Positions 8,976 through 18,950 are shown, counted from the first letter of the stretch. The stretch is DNA of 64,000 bases from Candidatus Levybacteria bacterium RIFCSPHIGHO2_01_FULL_37_17 (GCA_001782035.1 MFNL01000001.1:212648-276647); one strand, 5' to 3'. Made by a program: numbers and translations. Notes: generated by a model not told the origin, from the letters alone.

Positions 8976-10262
8976 ATGGATAGAATTTTAACCATTTTTA
9001 GAAACAGCGTTAATTCGCCGGAGGTACGCAAGAAAATTCTTTTTACGGCATTTATTTTTGTTGTGGCAAGAATCTTTGCCCACATCCCTGTAGCGGGCGT
9101 TGATTTAGCACAACTTAAAGCACTTTTTGCTGGAAACGCATTTTTATCTTTGCTCGATATTTTCTCCGGAGGCACCTTAGCAAATTTCTCGGTTATGGCC
9201 CTAGGACTTAATCCTTATATCAACGCCTCAATTATTTTGCAGCTTTTAACAATGATTGTTCCAAAACTCGAGGCATTGTCAAAAGAAGGAGAGCAAGGAA
9301 GAAAGAAAATAAATCAATACACAAGATTTTTAACCGTGCCGCTTGCCGCCCTTCAGGCAGTAGGAATGTATGCGCTTTTAAGAAACCAGGGGATAATTGA
9401 TAATCTGACAATTGTTAGCTTAATTTCCTTAATTGTCACAATGACAGCAGGAACAATGCTTCTTGTTTGGCTTGGAGAATTAATAACAGAAAGAGGTGTA
9501 GGAAATGGGATTTCGCTTCTTATTTTTGCAGGAATAGTATCACGCCTTCCTGTTGTTTTTACACAAACTGTAACAACTGTAAACGAGCAGAATTTCTTTA
9601 ATCTCTTTATGTTTGCAGGTCTTGGAGCCTTAGTTATTGCTTCAATTGTAATAATTAACGAAGCAACAAGACAAATTACTGTTTACTATGCCAAAAGAGT
9701 AAGAGGTAACAAAATGTATGGAGGACAATCTACTCATTTACCATTAAGATTAAATCAAGCGGGTGTAATCCCAATTATATTCGCCGTTTCCTTAGTTCTT
9801 CTTCCCTCCTTAATTGCAAACTATTTGGCTGTTTCCAAAGTTGATATTTTACATAATATTGGTACTGCAATTAGTGTTTGGTTTAGTCCGGTAGGGTTTT
9901 TATATAACGCTGTTTACTTTCTCTTGGTCGTTGGTTTTACATACTTTTATACCGCTGTTGTTTTTAACCCTAAAAAAATTTCCGAGGAAATCCAAAAATA
10001 CGGAGGATTTATACCGGGAATCAGGCCTGGTAGTCCAACTGCTTCGTACTTAAATTACATATTGACAAGAATCACACTTGCTGGAGCCGTATTTTTGGGA
10101 CTTATTGCCATACTTCCAAATCTTGCAAGATTTTTTACCAACATTCAAAGCTTGGCTCTTGGCGGAACAGGAATTCTAATTGTAGTAACAGTAGTATTGG
10201 AAACAATTAAGGCAATTGAGGCCCAGCTTGTTATGAGAAATTACGAGGGATACGCAAAATAA
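8976..10262 (+). CDS. secY: preprotein translocase subunit SecY
   Basis: The product has ten TM segments, SecY motifs (..[15 protein letters not shown]..) and the expected operon position. Confidence 0.9.
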   Translation: MDRILTIFRNSVNSPEVRKKILFTAFIFVVARIFAHIPVAGVDLAQLKALFAGNAFLSLLDIFSGGTLANFSVMALGLNPYINASIILQLLTMIVPKLEALSKEGEQGRKKINQYTRFLTVPLAALQAVGMYALLRNQGIIDNLTIVSLISLIVTMTAGTMLLVWLGELITERGVGNGISLLIFAGIVSRLPVVFTQTVTTVNEQNFFNLFMFAGLGALVIASIVIINEATRQITVYYAKRVRGNKMYGGQSTHLPLRLNQAGVIPIIFAVSLVLLPSLIANYLAVSKVDILHNIGTAISVWFSPVGFLYNAVYFLLVVGFTYFYTAVVFNPKKISEEIQKYGGFIPGIRPGSPTASYLNYILTRITLAGAVFLGLIAILPNLARFFTNIQSLALGGTGILIVVTVVLETIKAIEAQLVMRNYEGYAK

Positions 10263-10795
10263 TGAAGGTGCTTTTAATAGGAATACAGGGTGCAGGAAAA
10301 TCAACACAAGGGAATTTTCTTTCCGAAAAATTAAACTTACCATATCTTTCAACTGGGCACATTTTTAGGGAGCTTTCCAAAGATAAATCTGTTGACGGAA
10401 GATTTATTAAGGAAACTATCAATGCCGGTTTTCTTGTGCCAGATGAACTAACCATAAGAGTTGTAAATGAGTACTTACAAAGACCAGAATATAGAAACGG
10501 CTATATTCTAGACGGTTTTCCACGAACAATACAGCAGGCAAAAAGTTTCCATGAAAAGCTAGATAAAGCATTTTATCTGAAAGTCTCAGACAAGGAAGCA
10601 TTATGGAGACTTGCAGGGCGAGACGAGTATAGAGAGGATGAAACGTTAAAGGCAATAAAAAAAAGAATCGATTTATTCCACGAAGTTACAGAGCCGATCC
10701 TAGATTTTTATAGACAAGTTGGAATCCTAGTTGAAGTAGATGGAGAAAAAACAATCTCAGAAGTTTCCGAAAACATATATTCCCACTTAAACTAA
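10262..10795 (+). CDS. adk: adenylate kinase, short form without a zinc LID
   Basis: The P-loop GIQGAGKSTQ and the ..LDGFPRT..Q. motif are present. Confidence 0.85.
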   Translation: MKVLLIGIQGAGKSTQGNFLSEKLNLPYLSTGHIFRELSKDKSVDGRFIKETINAGFLVPDELTIRVVNEYLQRPEYRNGYILDGFPRTIQQAKSFHEKLDKAFYLKVSDKEALWRLAGRDEYREDETLKAIKKRIDLFHEVTEPILDFYRQVGILVEVDGEKTISEVSENIYSHLN

Positions 10796-10799
10796 CCCC

Positions 10800-11573
10800 A
10801 TGATTGATATTAAATCCAGCAAAGAAATTGAAATAATGCAGCAGTCTGGCTCTATACTCTCATTACTCATGAAAAAGCTGATTAATGCGGCAGTTGACGG
10901 GACTTCGGAAATAGAGCTGGACAGAATGGCGCTGGATTTAATAAAGGAAAAAGGTGCAGAGCCGGGTTTTAAGAAAGTTGAAAATTATAAATATGGTATT
11001 TGTGTTTCCTTAAATGATGTATGCGCGCACGGAATTCCAACCAAAAGCAAGCTCAAAGAAGGCGATGTGTTGGGAATTGACGCAGGGGTATATTTTAAGG
11101 GTTTCCATACGGATATGAGCGAGACCATTAGGGTTAAGAGTTCAGATTCTAAAGTTAAAAATAAAAAGGATAAAATAGATAAGTTTATCGAGGTTGGGAA
11201 AAAAGCGCTCATAACCGGCATAAAAGAGGCAAAGATTGGAAATCATATTGGACATATCTCAAAAGCGATACAGGATATTGTTGAGGTTCAAAATGGCTAC
11301 TCTGTTGTAAGAACGCTTGTTGGACATGGTGTGGGAAGAAACCTACATGAAAAACCCGAAGTGCCCGGCTATTTAAAAGGCAATATCCATCAAACCCCGG
11401 TTTTAAAAGAAGGAATGACAATTGCAATTGAAGTTATTTATAACATGGGAAAACCCGAGCTTGTTTTAGATAAAGACGGATGGAGCTTAAAAACTAAAGA
11501 CGCAAGCTTGTCGGGATTATTTGAAAGATCTATTGCAGTTACTAAAAAAGGACCTTTGGTTTTAACGCCCTGA
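10800..11573 (+). CDS. map: methionine aminopeptidase type I
   Basis: The product has the pita-bread-fold metal ligands (..D..GID.G....FHTDMSETI.., ..GHGVGR..HE.P..). Confidence 0.85.
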   Translation: MIDIKSSKEIEIMQQSGSILSLLMKKLINAAVDGTSEIELDRMALDLIKEKGAEPGFKKVENYKYGICVSLNDVCAHGIPTKSKLKEGDVLGIDAGVYFKGFHTDMSETIRVKSSDSKVKNKKDKIDKFIEVGKKALITGIKEAKIGNHIGHISKAIQDIVEVQNGYSVVRTLVGHGVGRNLHEKPEVPGYLKGNIHQTPVLKEGMTIAIEVIYNMGKPELVLDKDGWSLKTKDASLSGLFERSIAVTKKGPLVLTP

Positions 11574-11575
11574 TT

Positions 11576-12127
11576 ATGGAATCTAAAAATAATTCAATTA
11601 AAGAAGATAAATTCAAATTTGCAGATAGGATAATAATTGAAAGCAAGGACGATAGCGTAGTAATAAAACAACTAGTTCCCGATGATGCACAAGCCTATTT
11701 TGATTTAGTTGATTCAGACAGGGCTCATTTAAGTCAATTCGGAGATAGAACTGCTGAAAAATATAAAACTGTTGAGGATGTAAGAGAGAGTATTGTGAAT
11801 CCACCTAATCCGAATAAAATTAGATTTGGTATCTGGGATGGAAAGGTCATGGTAGGATCTGATAATTTGACGCCTGCTGAAAACAATAGCGCCGAATTGG
11901 GTTCATGGGTTGCAAAAAAATATACAGGTCATAGATATGCAGCGAGAGCAAGAAAGTTATTAATTGACCTCGCGTTTAATAGGTTAGGTTTAGATAAGGT
12001 CTTCAGCGTGATAAAACCGGATAATTTAGCGAGCATTAATTCAATTGAATCTTCCGGATTTGTTTTCGAAGGAACTGAGGAAGACGGAGCAATAATTTAT
12101 GCGCTTTATCGTTTGCCAAGTTCTTAA
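11576..12127 (+). CDS. GNAT-family N-acetyltransferase (RimJ/RimL-like)
   Basis: The acetyl-CoA motif region reads ..WVAKKYTGHRYAARARKLLIDLAFNRLGLDKVF... The gene is embedded between map and infA. Confidence 0.6.
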   Translation: MESKNNSIKEDKFKFADRIIIESKDDSVVIKQLVPDDAQAYFDLVDSDRAHLSQFGDRTAEKYKTVEDVRESIVNPPNPNKIRFGIWDGKVMVGSDNLTPAENNSAELGSWVAKKYTGHRYAARARKLLIDLAFNRLGLDKVFSVIKPDNLASINSIESSGFVFEGTEEDGAIIYALYRLPSS

Positions 12128-12133
12128 TATTTG

Positions 12134-12162
12134 TTGCTCTTTTGAGTTCATTTTGTTATAAT
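12134..12162 (+). promoter_or_regulatory. putative promoter with an extended -10 (TTGCTC-17-TGTTATAAT) for infA-rpmJ-rpsM..
   Basis: TTGCTC sits at 12134-12139 and TGnTATAAT at 12154-12162. This was judged by eye. Confidence 0.4.
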
Positions 12163-12211
12163 TGGCTTTACAAATTCCTAAAATCCTAGAGGATAAGGGG
12201 AATTGTCTTTT

Positions 12212-12427
12212 ATGGTTCATCAGGGAAGTTTCGAAACCGAAGGTAAAGTATTAGAATCTTTGCCTAACACACTTTTTAGGGTAGAACTTGATAATGGCAA
12301 TGTAATTCTTTGCCATCTTTCGGGAAAAATGAGGATGCATTTCATAAAAATTCTTCCCGGAGACAGAGTTAGGGTCGAAATGACGCCATATGATACCGGA
12401 AAAGGACGAATAACATTTAGAATCTAG
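12212..12427 (+). CDS. infA: translation initiation factor IF-1
   Basis: The sequence ..[50 protein letters not shown] is IF-1. ATG 12212 follows an AAGGGGA RBS, and a TTG at 12203 is also possible. Confidence 0.85.
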   Translation: MVHQGSFETEGKVLESLPNTLFRVELDNGNVILCHLSGKMRMHFIKILPGDRVRVEMTPYDTGKGRITFRI

Positions 12428-12446
12428 AGCTCAGAATTAAAATAAC

Positions 12447-12560
12447 ATGAAAGTACAAGCAAGCATTAAGCCAAGATGTGTAAGATGCAAAGTTATAAAA
12501 AGAAGAGGAGTGCTTAGAATTGTATGCGATAATCCCAGGCACAATCAAAGACAGGGATAG
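12447..12560 (+). CDS. rpmJ: 50S ribosomal protein L36 (37 aa, zinc-ribbon C-C-C-H form), absent from the ORF track
   Basis: Manual translation gives [37 protein letters not shown]. The gene holds the canonical infA-rpmJ-rpsM position. Confidence 0.8.
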   Translation: MKVQASIKPRCVRCKVIKRRGVLRIVCDNPRHNQRQG

Positions 12561-12562
12561 TT

Positions 12563-12973
12563 ATGAGAATTTTAGGAGTAAATTTACCGGATAATAAAAG
12601 AGTCGATATAGGGCTTTCTTATTTGTATGGAATCGGAAGAAATAACGTTAAAGGCGTATTGGGAAAAGCCGAGGTGGAAGCAGCGAAACGGATTAAGGAC
12701 TTAACCGAAGATGAGCAAAAAAGAATCCAGAAAGCTTTGGAGGAATATAAAATCGAGGGAGATTTAAGAGTTGAAGTAGCCGGTAATATAAAAAGGTTGA
12801 AAGAGTTAAGTTCCTACAGGGGAATGAGACACGCTAAAAACCTTCCGGCTAGAGGACAACGGACTAAATCAAATGCAAGAACAAAAAGAGGAAAGAGGGT
12901 AACAATTGGCGCAATAAAGAAAGAAATGGCTGTAAAAATGGGTATAGCAACGGAGGAACCAGCAACAAAATAA
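12563..12973 (+). CDS. rpsM: 30S ribosomal protein S13
   Basis: The sequence [11 protein letters not shown]...L..IYGIG matches S13. Confidence 0.9.
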   Translation: MRILGVNLPDNKRVDIGLSYLYGIGRNNVKGVLGKAEVEAAKRIKDLTEDEQKRIQKALEEYKIEGDLRVEVAGNIKRLKELSSYRGMRHAKNLPARGQRTKSNARTKRGKRVTIGAIKKEMAVKMGIATEEPATK

Positions 12974-12974
12974 A

Positions 12975-13373
12975 ATGGCTAAAAAACAGGAAGTTACAAA
13001 AAAATCAAAGAAGAGCAATTTAAAAGTTTCCGAAAGAGGAAAAGTTTATGTATCAGCCACATTTAATAATACCTTGGTTACTATAACAACAGAGGCTGGG
13101 GAGACAATTTCCTGGAGCAGCAGCGGAGCAGCGGGGTTTAAGGGCGCTAGAAAATCAACACCCTTTGCTGCCACAACCGCGATGGAAGCTGCTGCAAGAA
13201 AAGCCTTGGATAAAGGGCTAAAAACTGTCGATGTATTTATTAAAGGGCCAGGTGCCGGACGAGATGCGGCGCTTCGTGCTATAAAATCCGCCGGACTTTC
13301 TATAACAATGATTGCAGATATAACACCTATACCACATAACGGCCCTCGGGCTGAAAAGAAAAGGAGAGTTTAA
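12975..13373 (+). CDS. rpsK: 30S ribosomal protein S11
   Basis: The sequence ..[11 protein letters not shown]...G....WSS.G..GFKG..KSTPFAA.. matches S11. Confidence 0.9.
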   Translation: MAKKQEVTKKSKKSNLKVSERGKVYVSATFNNTLVTITTEAGETISWSSSGAAGFKGARKSTPFAATTAMEAAARKALDKGLKTVDVFIKGPGAGRDAALRAIKSAGLSITMIADITPIPHNGPRAEKKRRV

Positions 13374-13975
13374 TGGGACGATATACCGGACCAAAACATA
13401 GATTAGCAAGAAAAGAGGGCGTAAACCTTCTAGATAAAACATCACAAAGCTTAATGCGAAGGCTTAATATTCCCCCTGGGATTCATGGCAAAAAAAGAAA
13501 AAGAAGACTCTCGGAGTTTGGACTGCAGCTTAGGGAAAAACAAAAAGCAAAAACGGTTTACGGGCTCATGGAAAAACAATTCAAAAGATTGGTTCATAAT
13601 GTAAGAAGACAAAAAGGTGATACAAAAGAATTAATTCTATCAGCTCTTGAAACAAGGCTCGACAGCCTAGTTTACAGGCTTGGGTTTGCAAAGACTAGAT
13701 TTATGGCTCGTCAGCTGGTAACACACGGCCATATTTTGGTTAACGGCAAAAGAGTTTCTATTCCTTCATATCAGGTAAAAGTAGACGACGTTTTAAGCTT
13801 ATCACCTAAAATGCAAAACAACCCAAAAATTGTAGAAATTCTTGCAAATGAGGCTGAAAGTTTGCCCTTTTTGGAGAAAAAGGGTACAGTTGGAAAGCTG
13901 GTACGTTATCCACAGTCCTCGGATTTGCAAGTGCCATTTGATATGCAGTTAATTATTGAATATTACTCTAGGTAA
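13373..13975 (+). CDS. rpsD: 30S ribosomal protein S4
   Basis: The sequence [13 protein letters not shown] and the S4 domain (LESRLD..VYRLGFA.TR..ARQLV.HGHI.VNG) are present. Confidence 0.9.
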   Translation: MGRYTGPKHRLARKEGVNLLDKTSQSLMRRLNIPPGIHGKKRKRRLSEFGLQLREKQKAKTVYGLMEKQFKRLVHNVRRQKGDTKELILSALETRLDSLVYRLGFAKTRFMARQLVTHGHILVNGKRVSIPSYQVKVDDVLSLSPKMQNNPKIVEILANEAESLPFLEKKGTVGKLVRYPQSSDLQVPFDMQLIIEYYSR

Positions 13976-13992
13976 TGGTAGAATATTAAACT

Positions 13993-14916
13993 ATGGTTGA
14001 ACCTGAATTTAAAGTTAAAGAAGAAAAGTCAAGCGAGGATTATGGAGAGTTTGTAATAGAGCCTTTGGAATCGGGATACGGTCATACTTTGGGAAATGCT
14101 TTGCGAAGAGTTCTGCTTGTTTCAATCCCGGGAGCTGCAATTACCTCTGTTAAAATTGGCGGAGCAAAGCACAAATTTTCAACAATTCCGGGACTTAAGG
14201 AAAACGTAGTTGATTTTCTCCTAAACTTAAAAGGCCTTAATGTTAGACTTCTTGATTCTAAAGAAGAAAGCACGGTAACCCTTTCGGTAAAAGGCCCTAA
14301 GGAAATTACCGCAAAAGACCTAAATCCCGCAGAAGATGTTGAAATTGTAAATAAAGATCATTACTTAGGAAGTCTCTCAGATAAAAAAGCAAAACTGGAT
14401 TTGGAGCTAGTTGTAGAAAAAGGATATGGATACGCACTTGCAGAGGATCGAAAAATCTCAACCTTAGGAGTACTTCCCATTGACTCTATATTTACACCAA
14501 TTAAGCGAGTAAATTACGAAGTATCTGCAACCAGGGTCGGACGACAAACAAATTTAGACAAGCTCACATTACAAATCTGGACCAACGGGGCAGTGACACC
14601 AAGGCAAGCTCTAGACAGAGCATCAAAAATACTTTCTTCCTATTTTACGCAAGTTTTTGAGCCAAAAGAAGAAGTTACAGAAGAAGTACCTGCTGCTTTT
14701 CCCGGAGTTTCGGAAGGCGTACTTAAACTCACAATAGACGAGCTTGACTTACCTACAAGAATTTACAATTCACTTCGAAACGGGGGAGTTGAGACAATCG
14801 GAGATATTCTAAATACTCCAAGAAAAGAGCTTATTTCAATGAGGAATATGGGCGGAAAATCAATTACCACAATTGAGGAAAAGCTGAAAGAAAAGGGAAT
14901 TGAGCTAAACGCGTAA
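13993..14916 (+). CDS. rpoA: DNA-directed RNA polymerase alpha subunit
   Basis: The N-terminal domain reads ..GYGHTLGNALRRVLL.. and the C-terminal domain ..L.L..R..N.L.. is present. Confidence 0.9.
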   Translation: MVEPEFKVKEEKSSEDYGEFVIEPLESGYGHTLGNALRRVLLVSIPGAAITSVKIGGAKHKFSTIPGLKENVVDFLLNLKGLNVRLLDSKEESTVTLSVKGPKEITAKDLNPAEDVEIVNKDHYLGSLSDKKAKLDLELVVEKGYGYALAEDRKISTLGVLPIDSIFTPIKRVNYEVSATRVGRQTNLDKLTLQIWTNGAVTPRQALDRASKILSSYFTQVFEPKEEVTEEVPAAFPGVSEGVLKLTIDELDLPTRIYNSLRNGGVETIGDILNTPRKELISMRNMGGKSITTIEEKLKEKGIELNA

Positions 14917-14945
14917 TATCCGCCAAATCTTCTTACACAAAAATT

Positions 14946-15401
14946 ATGAGGAAAAATATATTCGGCAGAAAATTTAACAGGAATAAAAACCAAAGGGCGG
15001 CACTAATAAGAGGTCTTGTTACGTCAATGATTATAAATGAAAGAATTAAAACAACTGAGGCCAAAGCAAAATCGGTAAAAGGCGAAATAGAAAAGCTAGT
15101 TACAAAAGCTAAAAAGGGCAAAAAAGAATTAGTTTCCAAAAACATATATCCAAATGCTTTAAACAAACTATTTAACGACATTTCCAAAAGATTTGTAGGA
15201 AGAAACGGTGGATATACGAGAATCGTTAGAGTCGGAGAGCGCTTGGGAGACAAAGCTCAACTGGTACTGCTTGAGTGGGTAGAAGGTCCCGTTACAGTAG
15301 TTGCTCAGCCTAAAGAAGCAAAGGTAGTGAAAAAGGTAGCAACCAAGTCAAAAAAGGCGCCGACTAGAAAACCAAGAGCTAAGAAGGTAACTAAAAAATA
15401 A
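14946..15401 (+). CDS. rplQ: 50S ribosomal protein L17 with a Lys-rich C-terminal tail
   Basis: The L17 core reads ..LVTSMIINERIKTTEAKAK....GGYTRI.. and the gene follows rpoA. Confidence 0.85.
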   Translation: MRKNIFGRKFNRNKNQRAALIRGLVTSMIINERIKTTEAKAKSVKGEIEKLVTKAKKGKKELVSKNIYPNALNKLFNDISKRFVGRNGGYTRIVRVGERLGDKAQLVLLEWVEGPVTVVAQPKEAKVVKKVATKSKKAPTRKPRAKKVTKK

Positions 15402-15404
15402 ATT

Positions 15405-15848
15405 ATGAAACAGACTAAACCAACAAAAGCGTCGGAAATAAAAAGAGAGTGGAGATTAATAGATTTGGAGGGAAAAGTCTTGGGAAGAATAGCAACAGAT
15501 ATTGCAAAGCTTTTAATGGGTAAGCATAAGCCAAATTTTGTACGAAATTTAGATATGGGAGACAATGTCGTGGTAATAAATGCCGGTAAAATTAAAGTCA
15601 CTGGAAACAAAGAAAATCTAAAAACTTACTACAGGCACTCTGGTTACCCTGGCGGATTCAAAGCAGAAACGCTGTCTAAGCTTCGACAGAGAAAACCTCA
15701 GGATATAATTATTCGTGCGGTTTCAGGCATGCTTCCGCAAAACAGGTTAAAAGACAGGATGCTTTTAAGACTGCACGTATTTGCTGAGGCAGATCATACA
15801 TATCAAGATAAGTTTAAAGCTCAAAGTCCAGAACTTAAAACAAAGTAA
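15405..15848 (+). CDS. rplM: 50S ribosomal protein L13
   Basis: The sequence ..REW.LIDLEGKVLGR.A..IA..L.GKHKP matches L13. Confidence 0.9.
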   Translation: MKQTKPTKASEIKREWRLIDLEGKVLGRIATDIAKLLMGKHKPNFVRNLDMGDNVVVINAGKIKVTGNKENLKTYYRHSGYPGGFKAETLSKLRQRKPQDIIIRAVSGMLPQNRLKDRMLLRLHVFAEADHTYQDKFKAQSPELKTK

Positions 15849-15850
15849 TT

Positions 15851-16288
15851 ATGTCTAGTGATAATAAGAATTTTATTTTTGCAGTTGGAAAAAGAAAAGA
15901 ATCAGTTGCAAGGCTAAGGCTTTACGTAACTCTTCCAACAGATTTAAAAATAGAAACTCCTAAAAAAGGAGACTTATATGTCAATGGAACAAAAGCGCAA
16001 GATTATTTTAGGGGATTAATTGCACTGCCTATAATCTTGGAGCCTCTTATAAAAACAAACACACAAGACAAATACTTTATTAGCGTAAGAGCAGTAGGCG
16101 GAGGAAAAAAAGGACAACTCGATGCACTTGTCCATGCGCTTTCTCGTGCTCTTTCTTTTGCGGACGAAAAAAATAGGGGAATTCTTAAAAAAGCAGGACT
16201 ATTAACAAGGGATGCAAGAGTAAGAGAGCGAAGAAAAGTAGGAATGGGCGGAAAAGCAAGAAGAAAAATGCAGTCTCCAAAACGCTAA
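15851..16288 (+). CDS. rpsI: 30S ribosomal protein S9
   Basis: The sequence ..GKRKES.AR.. and the C-terminal ..LTRDAR..ERKK.G..KARR matches S9. Confidence 0.9.
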   Translation: MSSDNKNFIFAVGKRKESVARLRLYVTLPTDLKIETPKKGDLYVNGTKAQDYFRGLIALPIILEPLIKTNTQDKYFISVRAVGGGKKGQLDALVHALSRALSFADEKNRGILKKAGLLTRDARVRERRKVGMGGKARRKMQSPKR

Positions 16289-16827
16289 ATCATTTTTTGT
16301 TCTATAATTTTCTTAGCCCACGGAGAGAAAGCTTCATAGATTCTACCTTTTTTATTAGAGATATCATCTTTTGTTGCCAAAGAATATCCGTAAGCAAATT
16401 CTAGATTAGGATTTGGAAGTTCGTTTATTTTAGTGATTAAAATATCGCAGTATTCCTGTTCTGTATAGATGCTCTTTGGGTCTTTAGATTTATAATAAAC
16501 AAACCCGAGTCTCTTAATTTTGCCTACTAGGTCTTTTTTGGTTAAATTCCACTCTCTTTTTAGGGAAAAAATTACTGCCTCTTCTAAATTTTCAAATTTT
16601 CCATTTTTTAGTAATTGATGAGAGGCAGAGCTTAAATCTAAAACTGCGTCAAATGCGGGGTGTTTTCGATGCTGGAGCAAATAATAGTTTTTATAGACTA
16701 AAATTATCGCAAAACCCCTGTGTAAAATGCCCTTTTTATGCGCATCCCATTTTTCTACATAACCCAAATGCTTTCCATTTTTGTCCACTTTTCCTACGTA
16801 TTGTTTTTGTTTGTAATAATTATTCAT
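16285..16827 (-). CDS. NUDIX hydrolase resembling type-1 isopentenyl-diphosphate delta-isomerase (IDI)
   Basis: The segment GILHRGFAIIL..LLQHRK...F....D.SSASHQ aligns with IDI LHRAFS..LL.QRR..K.TFP..WTN..C.HP. The Nudix box reads E.LEEAVIFSLKREWN and the C-terminus has the IDI-like EAFSPW. Context with ispH supports the call. Confidence 0.5.
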   Translation of the reverse strand: MNNYYKQKQYVGKVDKNGKHLGYVEKWDAHKKGILHRGFAIILVYKNYYLLQHRKHPAFDAVLDLSSASHQLLKNGKFENLEEAVIFSLKREWNLTKKDLVGKIKRLGFVYYKSKDPKSIYTEQEYCDILITKINELPNPNLEFAYGYSLATKDDISNKKGRIYEAFSPWAKKIIEQKMI

Positions 16828-16831
16828 AATC

Positions 16832-17851
16832 TTATTGTGCGAATCTCAATTCTAATGCCGCAAGTTGTTTTCTAGGCATTCTAAAAATTCTCGGAATCTC
16901 CTCCATTACCTGAGGTAATTCTACAACATGAATACCTAAAAGTCTAAATTCATCAAGTGCTCTTTGTGTAAATTCTTCTGGCGTAGATGCTGCAGCGGTC
17001 AACCCAATTATTCTAATGTTTGGTGTAAAAACAGACCAATCTATCTCTTCTGGTTTACCGATAAGAGAACTTGGGATTTGTTTTTCGATAGCTAAGTCTC
17101 TTAATCCCCTCGCGTTATTACTTGATTTATCGCCAACGACTATCCAGAAATCCACACCCGTTAATGCTTTTCCAGCAGCGTATCTATTCCTTAAAGCGTA
17201 ACAAGGTAAAATCCTACTAGTATCAATATTTGTGCGAGCCTCAAGTTCCTTGGCTCTTGCTTGGTTTTTATCTGGATCATTGGTTGTTTTAACAAATAAT
17301 TTTGCATCCTCAGGAATGTAGGCATCTTCTGGTATTGGACTACTAGGATCAAATACCACCATTTCTGCCCCGTCGGGCACTTGTCCCTTTATCCCTATTG
17401 TTTCTGGATGATTTTCTTCGCCAAGATATACAATTGGTGTTCCTGCCGCAGCAGTTTCTCTAACCTTTTTTTGCTCGTCAAGCACAATAGGACAAGTTGT
17501 ATCAATGACAAATACATTTTTCTCTCGAGCTCTCTGGTATAAATCTGGTGGTGATCCGTGCGCGGAGATTATTAAAATAGCGCCGTCAGGAACATTAGAC
17601 ATATCTCCTCCTGCAGATTTTAATCTTTCACCATATTTTTCAAATGCAGGAGGAAAGTTTATCGGTGTATTTGTAGTCCATATATCAATTCCGGAAGGAA
17701 CAACTTCCATTATCTGCTGAACTGCTGCAAGTGTCATCTCAACTCCTCCACAGGTTCCCCTGTTGCCAGCCACTCTTACTTCCTGAACATTAAATCCAGA
17801 AGGGAGTTCTGGTATTCGTCCATAATAATGTCGCGAACTTTCTATTACCAT
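16832..17851 (-). CDS. ispH: 4-hydroxy-3-methylbut-2-enyl diphosphate reductase (IspH/LytB)
   Basis: The three Fe-S cysteines are present (NRGTCGGV, DTTCP, ILPCYALRNR). The motifs VPDGAILIISAHG, VVGDKSSNN and GLTAAASTPE are also visible. Confidence 0.85.
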   Translation of the reverse strand: MVIESSRHYYGRIPELPSGFNVQEVRVAGNRGTCGGVEMTLAAVQQIMEVVPSGIDIWTTNTPINFPPAFEKYGERLKSAGGDMSNVPDGAILIISAHGSPPDLYQRAREKNVFVIDTTCPIVLDEQKKVRETAAAGTPIVYLGEENHPETIGIKGQVPDGAEMVVFDPSSPIPEDAYIPEDAKLFVKTTNDPDKNQARAKELEARTNIDTSRILPCYALRNRYAAGKALTGVDFWIVVGDKSSNNARGLRDLAIEKQIPSSLIGKPEEIDWSVFTPNIRIIGLTAAASTPEEFTQRALDEFRLLGIHVVELPQVMEEIPRIFRMPRKQLAALELRFAQ

Positions 17852-17888
17852 AAAGAAGACAAATTATATCAATATTTATACCCAAAAG

Positions 17889-18944
17889 CTAACTTTGGCG
17901 GTGCTCAATAAGCACAACAAGTTCTATAAAATTTTGCTTATAGTCGTTTTCTAAGTTAGAGTTTCTAATTATATCCTTTGCTTTATTAAAATTTTCGTTA
18001 ATTAATTTTTTCCCATAAGTAATTGCTCCAGATTTTTCAAATGTTGCCCTTAATAATTTTTGGTTTGGTTCAGTTAGCTTTTTCCCAAAAACACTATTAA
18101 AATATTCTTGTTGTTCATTCGTTCCGTTTTCCTGTAAGTAATTAGTAAAAAAAGTATATCTATGTTCCTCTATGTCTAAAAGAGGAGTTTTTTTAATTTC
18201 GTCGGGTTTTCCTATAATATCCAAGAGATCGTCTTGTATCTGAAAAGCAATTCCAAGCTTCGTTCCAAAATCTTCGAAAAGCTTTTCCATTCCATAATTT
18301 GGATTAGCTAGAACTGCTCCTATTTGCAACGGTCTTATAAAGCTATAATAAGCGGTTTTTAAAGTTGTTTTTTCTTCAATTAACTTTAGCCCTGCTCTTT
18401 TTCTCGTGGAGGTATCGCCATCAATTATTTGTCCAATAATTACTTCATCTACATTTTTAAAGAAGTAATTGAAAAGATATGAAAGACTCTTGTTTTTAGA
18501 TTTAATCAATAATTCTAAAACCCAGGAAAAAATTAAGTCACCGATTACGATAGCCTGTGAATTTGCGATATGTTTTAAATCTCCAATTCTATCATCCTTA
18601 CTCAATTTTTCTAAAACATACTCGTGTATTGTTTTCTGGCCGCGCCTCACGATGCTTTTGTCTATTATGTCGTCGTGAATTAGAAGAAAGTTATGAAAAA
18701 GCTCGAGTGCTACAAAAACATCCATTTCTTCATCTTCGTTTCCGCCGCCAAATGTTTTATAAGAAAGATAAGCAAGGTATGGCCTAATTCTTTTTCCGCC
18801 GCCAGTTATTAAATTTTTGGAGTAAGTTACAAAATCCTTGATGAAAAGGTCGGTTGTGTGTTTAATAAATTCAGCGGTTTTTTTATCAACAAATTCGTTA
18901 AGAACAGGGTTAAAAACTTCTTTAAATTCTTCCAAACTTTGCAT
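17889..18944 (-). CDS. polyprenyl diphosphate synthase (trans-isoprenyl diphosphate synthase family)
   Basis: The first DDxxD motif reads LIHDDIIDKS and the second FQIQDDLLD. The true start is probably Met MQSLEEF at 18944, because the ORF-track N-terminus overlaps the tRNA. Confidence 0.8.
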   Translation of the reverse strand: MQSLEEFKEVFNPVLNEFVDKKTAEFIKHTTDLFIKDFVTYSKNLITGGGKRIRPYLAYLSYKTFGGGNEDEEMDVFVALELFHNFLLIHDDIIDKSIVRRGQKTIHEYVLEKLSKDDRIGDLKHIANSQAIVIGDLIFSWVLELLIKSKNKSLSYLFNYFFKNVDEVIIGQIIDGDTSTRKRAGLKLIEEKTTLKTAYYSFIRPLQIGAVLANPNYGMEKLFEDFGTKLGIAFQIQDDLLDIIGKPDEIKKTPLLDIEEHRYTFFTNYLQENGTNEQQEYFNSVFGKKLTEPNQKLLRATFEKSGAITYGKKLINENFNKAKDIIRNSNLENDYKQNFIELVVLIEHRQS

Positions 18945-18950
18945 AGTAAG

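Noticed and set aside
8330-9175. 281-aa minus-strand ORF spanning rplO and the secY start
   Set aside because: It is antisense to two highly conserved genes. The Ser/Leu/Phe-rich translation is typical of the reverse strand of Lys/Glu-rich coding DNA.
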